Shown: positions 42,710 to 52,504 of the stretch, piece by piece
Layout: the number at the start of each line of letters is the position of its first letter
Position numbering within the stretch: the stretch's first letter is position 1
Virus record (IMG/VR): IMGVR_UViG_3300021964_000015
Strand: one strand, 5' to 3'
DNA: 64,000 nt
From: a virus
Notes under the pieces: generated by a model
Seen by the model: the letters and a program-made list of their open reading frames with translations, nothing else
What the model was told of the DNA's origin: nothing
Databases searched by the model: none
Translations under genes and position numbers: made by a program

Positions 42710-43288
42710 ATGGCTATTCAACATCCCACTCAGATTATTAAGAGTCAGGACACCATTGTTTATGTTGGTGCCCTGTCTGGCGCCACTCGTCCTGCAATTA
42801 CGCCTGCTGTGGCTGGTGCATTCTCTCGCCCCACTTCCGGCGTGCCTGCCAACATGTACTTCCTTGGTGGCGTTACCAACGCTTCCGTGTCGTTCAATGA
42901 TGGTGAGCAGGAATACTACCTGCTGGGCAATGGCGGCTTCGCTGACAGCGTGAAAGTGACTCAGCGTTGCCAGGCTTCCATCACTTCCTACTTCCAGAAA
43001 GACCTGGATGGCAGTGCTATTGATGACACCGCATTTGACGAGGCAATGGACCTTGTGTTGCGTGGTCGCACTGAAAAAGATTTTGAGCTGTATGTGGAGA
43101 TCTTCAAGTTTCTTGGCGGTCAAACCTACGATCTCACTTGCTTTGCTGGCACGGTGATGAACTACAGCGAAAGCTATCCTGCCGACAATCTGGTAGAGAC
43201 CACTTTTGATCTTATGAGCCGAGGTACTTATGGCGTGGGTCGCTGCACTATTTCTGGTGGCATTCTGCCTACTGAGCCTAATTCCTGA
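42710..43288 (+). CDS. major tail (tube) protein
   Basis: 192 aa, high-expression codon bias, followed by a terminator-like hairpin (43311-43334). Confidence 0.75.
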   Translation: MAIQHPTQIIKSQDTIVYVGALSGATRPAITPAVAGAFSRPTSGVPANMYFLGGVTNASVSFNDGEQEYYLLGNGGFADSVKVTQRCQASITSYFQKDLDGSAIDDTAFDEAMDLVLRGRTEKDFELYVEIFKFLGGQTYDLTCFAGTVMNYSESYPADNLVETTFDLMSRGTYGVGRCTISGGILPTEPNS

Positions 43289-43361
43289 TTTATAGACAGA
43301 TAGATCGCCAAGCCCCCCAAAAGGGGGCTATTTTAATGAAAGGTATAGCCATGCGGAAAGA

Positions 43362-43769
43362 GTGAACATCCTTGAATTTCGCGACACGATTTCCAAGCTT
43401 CTCGCGGATTTGCTTGGTGTTTACACATTGCCCAATAATGCGACAGTGCCTGCATTATGGGTGGATGGAAGGAGTGGAGTGCCAAAAGGATGGAAGGTGC
43501 AAGGACTTGAGGCATCAATTAAGCAGTATCCTTCAAGGGCAAGTAGGCCATTGATGGGAATGGTGGAAATGCGCAAGTCATGGGAGCTTGTGCTTTCGCA
43601 GTATGATCCAGCTAGTGAAGATATGGACGAGGCGATTGATCGCATTTTGCGGCATTTTCCTGATGCAACGTTACAAGGGTTTCCTTCTAGTGATAGAGAA
43701 TATCAGTATGCACGATTTATTGTGCCTGATTTGGAAATTGCCACTCAATACATGATTAGGGAAAGATAG
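43362..43769 (+). CDS. putative tail terminator / completion protein
   Basis: Synteny and size. Confidence 0.5.
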   Translation: MNILEFRDTISKLLADLLGVYTLPNNATVPALWVDGRSGVPKGWKVQGLEASIKQYPSRASRPLMGMVEMRKSWELVLSQYDPASEDMDEAIDRILRHFPDATLQGFPSSDREYQYARFIVPDLEIATQYMIRER

Positions 43770-43771
43770 GA

Positions 43772-44218
43772 ATGGCTGGCATTGCACGTATTGTTGGCAC
43801 CAAGGATGTAGAAGCGGCTTTGGTGCAAGCGTTTAAAGAATGGACAGAAGATGTTAATGATATTTATTGGAGGGAGCGTTTTGAGAAAAAATACAAATAC
43901 GAGGGAGAGTCTACCACCAGAAAAAATGGAGAAGTGGTTGGCGATCCGCGAAACATTTTGGACACAGAAGCGCTTTATGAAAGCGGGGTGGAATCCTATG
44001 AATACCGCTCAGAAGTAAATGGCGCAAGGGCTGATTGGCATTGGGACGCCAAAAATAGTAGCGGGGAAGAATATGCGTGGTTTGTTCATGAAGGACAGGG
44101 GCCGTATTCAAGAGAACCTCGCAGGTGGACGGATGAGATGGCGTCTGAATATTTGTTTGAAACCAGTAATGTGAAAAGAGACTTGATGAGCAAAATTGAA
44201 AGCAAGCTAAATGGCTAA
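43772..44218 (+). CDS. putative neck / tail completion protein
   Basis: PRNILDT..LY.S, YA.FVHEG, PRRW. Confidence 0.6.
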   Translation: MAGIARIVGTKDVEAALVQAFKEWTEDVNDIYWRERFEKKYKYEGESTTRKNGEVVGDPRNILDTEALYESGVESYEYRSEVNGARADWHWDAKNSSGEEYAWFVHEGQGPYSREPRRWTDEMASEYLFETSNVKRDLMSKIESKLNG

Positions 44219-44477
44219 CCCTCCCATCGACTATCTAAAAAGCGCCAATGGAGAGGTGCATGTTATTAATGCATCTGTTGATGGTCCCACGTTAGAAGCT
44301 GGTATTTTGTGCGTGATTTCTTTCGCTGAAACCACCATTAGAATTTCAAACGAACACCATTCGTTCTTAATTGAACTCCCGGAAGACGTAAGAACCAAAG
44401 GCGAACGTCTGAAAGCATTTAACGTGCCGTTGGCAATTTTAAATTATGAGCAAGTACAGCTTCCTGTTGGCCTCTAA
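44211..44477 (+). CDS. hypothetical protein
   Basis: Overlaps both neighbours. Confidence 0.6.
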   Translation: MANPPIDYLKSANGEVHVINASVDGPTLEAGILCVISFAETTIRISNEHHSFLIELPEDVRTKGERLKAFNVPLAILNYEQVQLPVGL

Positions 44478-44991
44478 AGAGGCAGAATATTTTGAACTGA
44501 CGCCTGTATTGCGACTGCAGCGTCATGGTGGATGGTTGGTGGCGGAAAGCATTGAGCAAGAAGAGATTTCAAAAGCGCAAAGTCAAAATACGATTAAGGC
44601 TGTGCAATTAGCAAAGAAAATTGCAGCAGCGAAAGACATTGCTTTAGATGAAGCATTTGAGATGCTTCAAGGTGGCGCTGGTTTTTCCGAAAGCGAATTG
44701 CTGTCGGAGTATACGGAAGAAACTCTTTCGATGATCACATCGGGAGGATCTGCTGAATATGGCAATGCAAAGCTAATCACTGCTTTTTTGCGTTGTCGCG
44801 GTGAAGGACTTATTGGTGAAGAGTGGCAGCCCTTGAATGACTGGACCATTGAAGACACCAAGGCAATGACACGTGATTTGCAAGCGAAGATGCTGGAGTT
44901 TATTGCTGACGAGCAAGATTCGGAGGTGAAAGCAGCACAAGCAAAAAAATCGAGGAAGAAGGCAACGCAGGAAGCGTTGCCGAACGAATAG
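44446..44991 (+). CDS. tail assembly chaperone (gpG-like)
   Basis: Upstream of tape measure; A-AAA-AAA slippery site at 44943-44949. Confidence 0.75.
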   Translation: MSKYSFLLASKEAEYFELTPVLRLQRHGGWLVAESIEQEEISKAQSQNTIKAVQLAKKIAAAKDIALDEAFEMLQGGAGFSESELLSEYTEETLSMITSGGSAEYGNAKLITAFLRCRGEGLIGEEWQPLNDWTIEDTKAMTRDLQAKMLEFIADEQDSEVKAAQAKKSRKKATQEALPNE

Positions 44992-45416
44992 AGAAACGGG
45001 CTAGGGGCTTTTTAAAAAGCCTCACTGACTGGAACGCAATTTTCTTCAGGCTTAATGCTTCTTCATTAAAGGGAAGTCGTTGGTCTGAGGAGAATTTTTC
45101 CAAGCAAAAAGTAAAAGACGTGTTGGCCGCTTTAAAATTTTTAGAGCGGCACGATCATAATCAATACAATTTGCATAGCGTTTCTGTTGCCAAGATGGCG
45201 ACAATGGTTGCTCATGCATTGGGAGGAAAGAAGGTGAGTGTAACGCCTGATGACTTCTTACCATTTGACACTCGTCGGCTTAAGAAAGAAACTGGCATTA
45301 CAGAAGAAAGTGCAGCAGTATTGAAGCGTTTGATGAAAACGCGGAAGATGGATACAAGAGTGGTGTCTATGTTGGCTGAAGAACTTAAAAACGCATCAAT
45401 GCGCAATGATGAATAA
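44949..45416 (+). CDS. tail assembly chaperone -1 frameshift extension (gpT-like)
   Basis: The -1 frame is open from the slippery site through ORF 45120-45416. Confidence 0.75.
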   Translation: MEEEGNAGSVAERIEKRARGFLKSLTDWNAIFFRLNASSLKGSRWSEENFSKQKVKDVLAALKFLERHDHNQYNLHSVSVAKMATMVAHALGGKKVSVTPDDFLPFDTRRLKKETGITEESAAVLKRLMKTRKMDTRVVSMLAEELKNASMRNDE

Positions 45417-45468
45417 TATGGCAGCAAATTAAAGCTACACTTAAGAGAAGAATGTTGTAAGCGCAGTA

Positions 45469-48400
45469 ATGGCGGCGGAACTTCGGCTTGGCGTAGCTTT
45501 TGATCTCGTATATTTTCGTCAACAGCTTAAAAAGCTTGGCCGCATTGCTGCATCAGAATTTACTGCGCCCATTAAGATCAAGCTTGACAGGCGAGTTATT
45601 GATTCTGAGCTTAATAATTTACAAAGAGCGATAAAGCGCCGCAAATACAATATTGAGCTTAACATTGCAGGAAGTTTATCGAAGAAGACTTTTGAAGATT
45701 TGCAGGAGCGCTTAGATGCGCTTAGCAAGCGAGATAAGGTCGAAATTCCGCTAAGTATCAAAAACGGAATTCAAAAGAAGGATATTGATAAAACTCTTGC
45801 AGCTATTCGCGGTCGTATCAATCAGCACAAGACGCTGCGTGATGGCAAGATTGACATTGGCGTAAGTATTCAACCTAGTATTACAAACAAAGATGTTCAG
45901 GACGTAAAAGACGCAGCAAAAGAAAAATTAGATAAACTTACTGCTCTTGAAATTCAAAGCAAGATCAAGACGCCCAACCTAGAGGCTCTTTTAAAAGCGC
46001 TGAAAAAGAATTTAAACCGGCAAGATCCTTTGTCCGCGAAGGTAGTAATTAAGCCGCTTAGTGTAGCGCCTCCTCTAAAGGCGCTACAAAAGGATTTAAA
46101 CGCGCAAGAACCTCTATCTGTAAAAGCAATAGCTAAACCTGCTACGCCTGCCATTTCAAAGGCAGACGTGGCCGCGTTTAAGAATGAAATTGAGGAGAAA
46201 CTTTCTGGCATTGTCGTAAAAGTTAAAGCCGATATTCAAGGTGGTTTTGCCGCTGGTCCTGCTGGCGCTGCTGGCCTGTATGAATACATGCGCACACAGG
46301 GACTTTCTGGAGGGAATGTTCCTGGCGCAGTAGAAGTTGGACGAGAAGAGCGTCTTAGGAAGGCGTTGTCTGAATACACTGTCAAACAACTTCAGCAACT
46401 TGCAAGGGAACAAGATATTTCTGGAGTTTCTCGACTTAGGAAAGATCCTCTTATTGATCGGCTAATTGCTGATTTAAATCAAGATGTTGCAGAAGGTTTG
46501 CTTGGTAATATTAAAAACCAAATGAGGCAACAGGGTGGACAACCCATCCGCAGAAGCTTTTTAGATCAAATTGCAAGAGCCATTTTCTACATGGCAGGAG
46601 TGGATCCTGCGTATTTAAGGCAGCAAGCCGCTCAACGCAGGGCTCTTCCTGGAATTAACTTCCCTGCAACAGTCCCGCCTGGCCCTGGCATTGGACCATC
46701 TGGCTCTGGAAGGCTATTGGTTGGTGGAGCGAGCCCAAGAGGTCTTCCTGGTACTGCTTTTGGTGGCAAAGGATTTTTGCCTCCTCAATTAGGAGTGGAG
46801 CTTAAAGAGATTTTAAGAGACGCAGCGAGTGCTTTTGTTCAATCGCTGATGGCACAAGTAAGAAAGGTTTCAGTTAGAGACCTTGGAAGGCGTGCACTTC
46901 CTGCGCTTCCTGGCGCTTCAATGCGAGGCTTGCTTCCTAGTGCAGTTGGTCGCGCCCCATCATTGTATGGACAGTCTTATGCGTCCAGTGTCCAAGATCG
47001 AATTGCGCAGGCTTATCAGCGTTCGGCATTACGTGGCGCTGCTGTCATGGCAGAAGGTCCACGTGGAGGAATTTTAGGGGCAGGTGGAAGTGGAGCTGCT
47101 GGACCTTACCGTCCTTTTGCACAAGGTCAGCCTGGAGGAGCTATTGTTCCTTATCGTGCACCATCGTACAAGGCTGCATTTGACGATTCTCGAAGTGCTC
47201 AAATAAGCGAGGCGTTTAAGGGTGTCAATCAATACCTAGGAAAAGGCCGCGTGCCGTTGACGGGTGCAATTAGTGAACTTACTTCCGAATTTGGCAATGC
47301 CGTCAAGCAAGTGTTGCTGTTTGGTACGGCATACAAAGCGCTTGCATTCTTGACTTCATTGCCAGGAGAAGCTTTTAACGCAGCAAAAGGACTTGAGACT
47401 TTTAGGAATCAATTAAACGCAGTCACCGAAGGGAGCGGGCAGTTTGGTGCATCGTTGAAGTTTATTGAGAATGCAGTTGCACAGTTAAATGTGCCTATCA
47501 ATAGTGCCCGAGAAGGTTTTACTCGCCTTTATGCATCGCTAGAGCCATCTGGTTTTGATCCTGAAACCATTCAGCGTTTGTTCACTGGGATTACGGAAGC
47601 TTCTGCAACATTTGGCTTAAGCGCGGATCAAGTGGATAGGGTTTTCTATGCATTTGGTCAAATGGCTAGCAAAGGCCAAGTGATGTCCGAAGAGCTTAAA
47701 GGTCAGCTCGGTGATGTACTACCTGGCAGTGTTGCTTTGTTTGCCGAGGCGGCAAAGATGAGCATGACAGAATTTACTGCTGCCATGGAAGATGGTGCGT
47801 TTAAGGGCGAAGGCATGAAGGTGCTGCTTGAAAACGTGGCAACTTTAATGAGTACAAGGTTTAGTGACGCCGCCACAAAGGCATCACAAACTTTGCAGGG
47901 TCAAGTGAACGCGATGCAAAATGCATTGCAGCAAATGTACGAGCAGTTTGGGCCTATTGTTGATGCTATTGCCTCAGCATTTGGTCCACAGATTTTGGGG
48001 ACCATTCAAGCGGCTACAGACGCCATTCAGGCGTTAAATCTTGAAGTGGAAGAAGGTGGTGAATATTTTAAATTAATGAGCCCTCAGGCTCAGGGATTTT
48101 ATAAGATACTTCAATCACTTAAACCTTCAATTGAAGGTGCGGCGAGGGGAATAGGAGAGTTTGGTTCTTCCTTGGGCATCTTTATCGGTCCATTGATTAC
48201 GGCTTCTAAGCTTATTCTTGATTTTATTAGCATTCCATTCGTTGGCAGAGTCGCACTTTACACTGCTACATTGGCGTTGCTAACTTCTGGCTTCCAGCTG
48301 CTAGTAAAAACAGGAATTGTGCAAGCTATTGCTGCAGTTGTTCGATTTATTGCAGTGCTAAATGTTGCTCAAATTAAGATTTGGGTTGCAGGCATTCAAA

Positions 48401-50031
48401 GTGCAATTGCTTCATTGTTTGCAATGGTTGGAACGCTCAATAAGGCAACTATTGCTGCAAAATTAGCCACGGCTGCAACAGTTGGATTCAAGCTTGCTCT
48501 TGTTTCTTTGGGAGTGGGGGCAGTAATATTTGTATTGGATCTTGTTTTACAGAAGATGCTTGGCATTGGCAATGCCATTGACAATGCAAAACTTAAGACA
48601 CAACAGTTTAAGGAAGAGCTTGCTTCTGCTGCTGCATTTGGGGACACCGCTGTACTAAGCGCAAAATATACAGAGGCAGAACAGGAAGTCACCAATATTC
48701 AAAACAGAATCGCAGAGTTAGAGCGTAAAAAGCAACAAGGCACAGGATTGAGGCTGGCAGGTATTCAAGAGCTTGGAAGATTAAAGCAAAGCCTCCCTGA
48801 GGCTTTAAACAAAGCGGGCCAAGCAAAAGAAGCTTTTGAAGAAGGGACTAGGGTGGCCCTTAATAGGGAGCGCCAGAGGAAAAATGCTGAGCGCGATTTA
48901 AAAGATGTGCCACTCGCTCCGTCAGATAAGAAGGGACCAAAAGCAAAACGCCTGACGCCAATGGGGTTGATTGAGCTGACCAAACAGCTCAATGCAGCGA
49001 AAGAAGAAGGAAGAATTATTGATGAAATTGAATATCAATATAAGATTGACGTATTAAAGGCAAGTCAAGAAACAGAAGATATTGCGCGAAGGGAAATTGA
49101 CTTGGAGAATGCAGCCTCTAAGAGAAGAATGGAATATGGAAAGCTGGGCGAAGACATTGGAAGGCAAAGTGCACAGCAGCTTATTGAAGAATCAGAAGGT
49201 CGCAAGGAAATTGCACAGATTCAAAACGAGCAGAAATTTGCTGCTGGCGAGATAAATGCAAAAGAATATGAGCGCGTAAAGTTCCTTGCGGAACAAAGGG
49301 ACTTGTTGGAAGATTTTGGCAACATCCCTGGTGTAACAGACGAGCAAAAATCCTTATTTGAAAGGCTACTTGGAAAGATTCCAGAGCCTGGTACTATTGC
49401 AGCAAAAGTTAAAGAAATCAAGGATGAATTTGACAATCTTGCAGACAGCACTAATGTAATTTCCACTGCTGCTGTTGGCATTGGCGAATCCTTCTCCAGA
49501 GCATTCACTGACATTTTGACAGGGGCTCAAACATGGAGAGACGGTCTTGCTGGTGCATTTAAGAGCGTGGCAGGATTATTTGCAGATTTAGTCGCTCAAA
49601 TGCTTGCCAAATGGGCAGCGCTGCAAATTCTTGGCTTGTTCTTGCCAGGACAAGAAGGCTCAAGCTTGACTGCCGGAATTAAGCAGTATCCTCTTGTCGA
49701 AAGCGCCAATGGCAATGTTCTTCGTGGTGGTTTTGCCGCGTTCGCAAATGGCGGCATGGTAACAGGCCCCACTCTTGGTCTTGTTGGTGAAGGTCGTTTT
49801 AATGAAGCAGTGGTGCCACTTCCTAATGGCAAGAGCATTCCAGTGGATCTTGGTGATGGCGCAGGTAATAATATTTCCACTAACATTGTGGTCAATATGA
49901 ACAACGGTCAATCGTCTTCTAAAGTTACTGGCACTGGCAGTCAAGCCTTTGGTCGTGAAATTGAAGGCGCTGTTCGCAGTGTCATCCTTAAAGAAACTCG
50001 CCCAGGTGGCATTATTTACGGCTCTAGGTAA
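45469..50031 (+). CDS. tail tape measure protein
   Basis: 1520 aa; GQMASKGQV.SEELKGQLG tape-measure domain; C-terminal FANGG.V..PT..GE...EAVVPL. Confidence 0.92.
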   Translation: MAAELRLGVAFDLVYFRQQLKKLGRIAASEFTAPIKIKLDRRVIDSELNNLQRAIKRRKYNIELNIAGSLSKKTFEDLQERLDALSKRDKVEIPLSIKNGIQKKDIDKTLAAIRGRINQHKTLRDGKIDIGVSIQPSITNKDVQDVKDAAKEKLDKLTALEIQSKIKTPNLEALLKALKKNLNRQDPLSAKVVIKPLSVAPPLKALQKDLNAQEPLSVKAIAKPATPAISKADVAAFKNEIEEKLSGIVVKVKADIQGGFAAGPAGAAGLYEYMRTQGLSGGNVPGAVEVGREERLRKALSEYTVKQLQQLAREQDISGVSRLRKDPLIDRLIADLNQDVAEGLLGNIKNQMRQQGGQPIRRSFLDQIARAIFYMAGVDPAYLRQQAAQRRALPGINFPATVPPGPGIGPSGSGRLLVGGASPRGLPGTAFGGKGFLPPQLGVELKEILRDAASAFVQSLMAQVRKVSVRDLGRRALPALPGASMRGLLPSAVGRAPSLYGQSYASSVQDRIAQAYQRSALRGAAVMAEGPRGGILGAGGSGAAGPYRPFAQGQPGGAIVPYRAPSYKAAFDDSRSAQISEAFKGVNQYLGKGRVPLTGAISELTSEFGNAVKQVLLFGTAYKALAFLTSLPGEAFNAAKGLETFRNQLNAVTEGSGQFGASLKFIENAVAQLNVPINSAREGFTRLYASLEPSGFDPETIQRLFTGITEASATFGLSADQVDRVFYAFGQMASKGQVMSEELKGQLGDVLPGSVALFAEAAKMSMTEFTAAMEDGAFKGEGMKVLLENVATLMSTRFSDAATKASQTLQGQVNAMQNALQQMYEQFGPIVDAIASAFGPQILGTIQAATDAIQALNLEVEEGGEYFKLMSPQAQGFYKILQSLKPSIEGAARGIGEFGSSLGIFIGPLITASKLILDFISIPFVGRVALYTATLALLTSGFQLLVKTGIVQAIAAVVRFIAVLNVAQIKIWVAGIQSAIASLFAMVGTLNKATIAAKLATAATVGFKLALVSLGVGAVIFVLDLVLQKMLGIGNAIDNAKLKTQQFKEELASAAAFGDTAVLSAKYTEAEQEVTNIQNRIAELERKKQQGTGLRLAGIQELGRLKQSLPEALNKAGQAKEAFEEGTRVALNRERQRKNAERDLKDVPLAPSDKKGPKAKRLTPMGLIELTKQLNAAKEEGRIIDEIEYQYKIDVLKASQETEDIARREIDLENAASKRRMEYGKLGEDIGRQSAQQLIEESEGRKEIAQIQNEQKFAAGEINAKEYERVKFLAEQRDLLEDFGNIPGVTDEQKSLFERLLGKIPEPGTIAAKVKEIKDEFDNLADSTNVISTAAVGIGESFSRAFTDILTGAQTWRDGLAGAFKSVAGLFADLVAQMLAKWAALQILGLFLPGQEGSSLTAGIKQYPLVESANGNVLRGGFAAFANGGMVTGPTLGLVGEGRFNEAVVPLPNGKSIPVDLGDGAGNNISTNIVVNMNNGQSSSKVTGTGSQAFGREIEGAVRSVILKETRPGGIIYGSR

Positions 50032-50037
50032 TTAATC

Positions 50038-50391
50038 ATGGCGCAACCAACATTCACCCTCGAAGTCGAATACGGCTTAACAGCACGTAGAGGCACTCGC
50101 GTTAGACGAGTGCAATTTGGCGATGGTTATGAGCAAGTGGTGCCAGATGGTGCCAATACAGACTTGCGTTCATATGACATCACGACAGTACCCATCACTG
50201 ACGCACAAGCACAAGCATTAGATGAAGACTTGGCTGCATTGTCTGGTGATTTTTTCTATTCTCAATTCTTTCAAGATGATGCCGTTTATAAGTATCGCCT
50301 TGATCCAAACGAATGGGCATGGGAAAGCAGGGGTCCTGATGTTAATGTGATTTCATTCACCTGCAAGCGTATTTACGATTTCCGGGATTGA
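50038..50391 (+). CDS. minor tail protein, lambda gpM-like
   Basis: VQFGDGYEQ...G.N. Confidence 0.88.
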   Translation: MAQPTFTLEVEYGLTARRGTRVRRVQFGDGYEQVVPDGANTDLRSYDITTVPITDAQAQALDEDLAALSGDFFYSQFFQDDAVYKYRLDPNEWAWESRGPDVNVISFTCKRIYDFRD

Positions 50392-51803
50392 TAATGACAA
50401 TTCAACAAGACGTAACAAAAACTTGGCATGAAGCCGTAATTGAACTTTTTGAAATTGACTTATCGTCAATCACTGGCTCAGCGGTAGATAAGTATTATTT
50501 CACGGCAAATTTAATGCCGGACAATAGCAAAATTTCATGGAAGGGGCAAACATACGAGCCCTTTCCCATTGAAGCATCCGGTTTTGAACGTACAACAAAG
50601 GGGCAAATTCCTACGCCTGAACTGACGGTGGCCAATGTGTTGGGCACACTGGCTTCAGTGGTTAATAATTTTGGTGATTTAGTTGGCGCAAAAGTAACAC
50701 GGCGTCGCACATTGTTTAAATATTTAGACAACAGTTCATCGCCTGATTCGACGCAGGAATTTCCTGATGATGAGTTTTACATTGAGCGAAAAGTTGCAGA
50801 ATCAAGCACCACTATTACATGGCAATTATCAAGCAAAATTGATTTAGAAGGACTGCAGCTTCCTCGTAGGATTATCACGCAGAATTATTGCCTATGGAAA
50901 TATCGCGGCGCGGAATGTGGTTATAACGGGCCTGGAGTGGCAAATGAAAATGACCAGCCCATTGTCATTGGTGGTGCCACTTCTCCTCAAGGACAAGCAT
51001 ACATTGATGCATATGATGCTTTTGATAGGGCAAGGTCAAAACTTGCCACTGCGGAAGCGAAAAAGAATAACCTGCTAAGCCAGAAAGAGGCTTTATGCGA
51101 TCCCGACACTGCTGATGTTGTTAATACTAGATTTGGTTTCAGGGCAGACGCAGACGGTGGTTATTCGTTTGTAATTGAGGATATTGGCGTTGCTATTTGG
51201 AAGAATAGCGCAGTTAGTATCACCGGAGATAAGCCTCTTTATCGCCCTGATTTAAAGCAAAAAACAGGAAGACTTCCTGGTAACGGCAAAAATGGAACAG
51301 GCCCCATCTATGCGGTCACCCAATACAGCCCCAATCCAAATAACCAATTTGGGCTGCCTCCAATTAAAACAAATCTTGGCGGGTCAGGTAATACGTTTGC
51401 GGTAAAGGGACTTGACGGTATTTTTATTATTGTTGTCAATGGTTCAGTAGTTTTTGATACTGTTGATTTTGGCAATGAAGATTTTTTTGGTTTTGAGGTG
51501 GGACCAAAAGTTTCCAATGGTTATGCGCCCATTAGAAGTATTGCAAAATTAACCTATGAAAAACTTTCTTGCGGAAATATTACTAATCAATACGACACCG
51601 CTGTGGAAAAATATGACGAAGCATTAGTGGAATACGACGCAGCATTAGCCGCTTTAAATGCGGCTTATGCTGCTTTGCCTGACAGTGATGAAGTGAGACT
51701 TAGAGATAAGTGTGGAAAGCGTTTGCAGAGTTGTAGGTTACGTTTTGGCGTGAAAGGAGCGCTGCCGTTTGGTGGATTTCCTGCCGCCAACTTAGTCCGA
51801 TGA
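50388..51803 (+). CDS. minor tail protein, lambda gpL-like with large insertion
   Basis: IELFEIDL, GAKVTRRRT..KYLD, CLWKYRGAECGY ... DKCGKRLQSCRLRF..PFGGFP. Confidence 0.88.
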   Translation: MIMTIQQDVTKTWHEAVIELFEIDLSSITGSAVDKYYFTANLMPDNSKISWKGQTYEPFPIEASGFERTTKGQIPTPELTVANVLGTLASVVNNFGDLVGAKVTRRRTLFKYLDNSSSPDSTQEFPDDEFYIERKVAESSTTITWQLSSKIDLEGLQLPRRIITQNYCLWKYRGAECGYNGPGVANENDQPIVIGGATSPQGQAYIDAYDAFDRARSKLATAEAKKNNLLSQKEALCDPDTADVVNTRFGFRADADGGYSFVIEDIGVAIWKNSAVSITGDKPLYRPDLKQKTGRLPGNGKNGTGPIYAVTQYSPNPNNQFGLPPIKTNLGGSGNTFAVKGLDGIFIIVVNGSVVFDTVDFGNEDFFGFEVGPKVSNGYAPIRSIAKLTYEKLSCGNITNQYDTAVEKYDEALVEYDAALAALNAAYAALPDSDEVRLRDKCGKRLQSCRLRFGVKGALPFGGFPAANLVR

Positions 51804-52504
51804 TTAGCCTTTCGATTAAACAGCAAATTGCAGGAGAAGCCCAAAAAGCTTCTCCTGCGGAATGCTGCGGCTTTGTAGTGGATGGCCAGTTAGTACCTTG
51901 TTCAAACGTATCAGAGACACCGCTGACCACTTTCACCATTGCTGCTGAAGACTACGTGAGAGCGTCTGCAATGGGCGAGATTGAAGCCATTTACCATTCG
52001 CACGTAGATGGCGTGCGAGGCTTTTCACTGCCTGATGTGGCGGCTTGTAAGCAAAGTAATTTACCGTGGATTGTATTGCATGTGCCATCGGGAGATTTCT
52101 TCTACGCCAATCCATGTGGAGATGCTCCATATGAAGGGAGGCAATGGGTGTATGGCATTCATGATTGCTATGCAATTTTGAAAGATTTTTATGCAAGAGA
52201 ATTTAACGTTTTGCTTGATGATTTTGAAAGGGGAGAAGAACTTGAGTGGGAGAACAAAGGATGGACAATGTTTGTAGATAATTACGAAAAGCAAGGTTTT
52301 TATGAAGTGGAGTGTCCTGAAAAGAAAGGCGATTTTCTGTTGATGCAAATCAATGCACCATCATTGAATCATGCAGGAGTGATCGCAGGAGATGGCAATG
52401 GTTTTTACCACCATTTAATGGGGAGGCTGTCAGAAAAAAGTGTTTACGGGGGATATTGGGCTAAAGTAACATCTAAGGTGCTTCGTCATAGGGACGTAAA
52501 ATAA
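51800..52504 (+). CDS. tail assembly protein, lambda gpK-like (JAB + NlpC/P60)
   Basis: P.ECCG, YHSH..S..D, G.HDCY, NHAG, HH..GRLS. Confidence 0.9.
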   Translation: MISLSIKQQIAGEAQKASPAECCGFVVDGQLVPCSNVSETPLTTFTIAAEDYVRASAMGEIEAIYHSHVDGVRGFSLPDVAACKQSNLPWIVLHVPSGDFFYANPCGDAPYEGRQWVYGIHDCYAILKDFYAREFNVLLDDFERGEELEWENKGWTMFVDNYEKQGFYEVECPEKKGDFLLMQINAPSLNHAGVIAGDGNGFYHHLMGRLSEKSVYGGYWAKVTSKVLRHRDVK

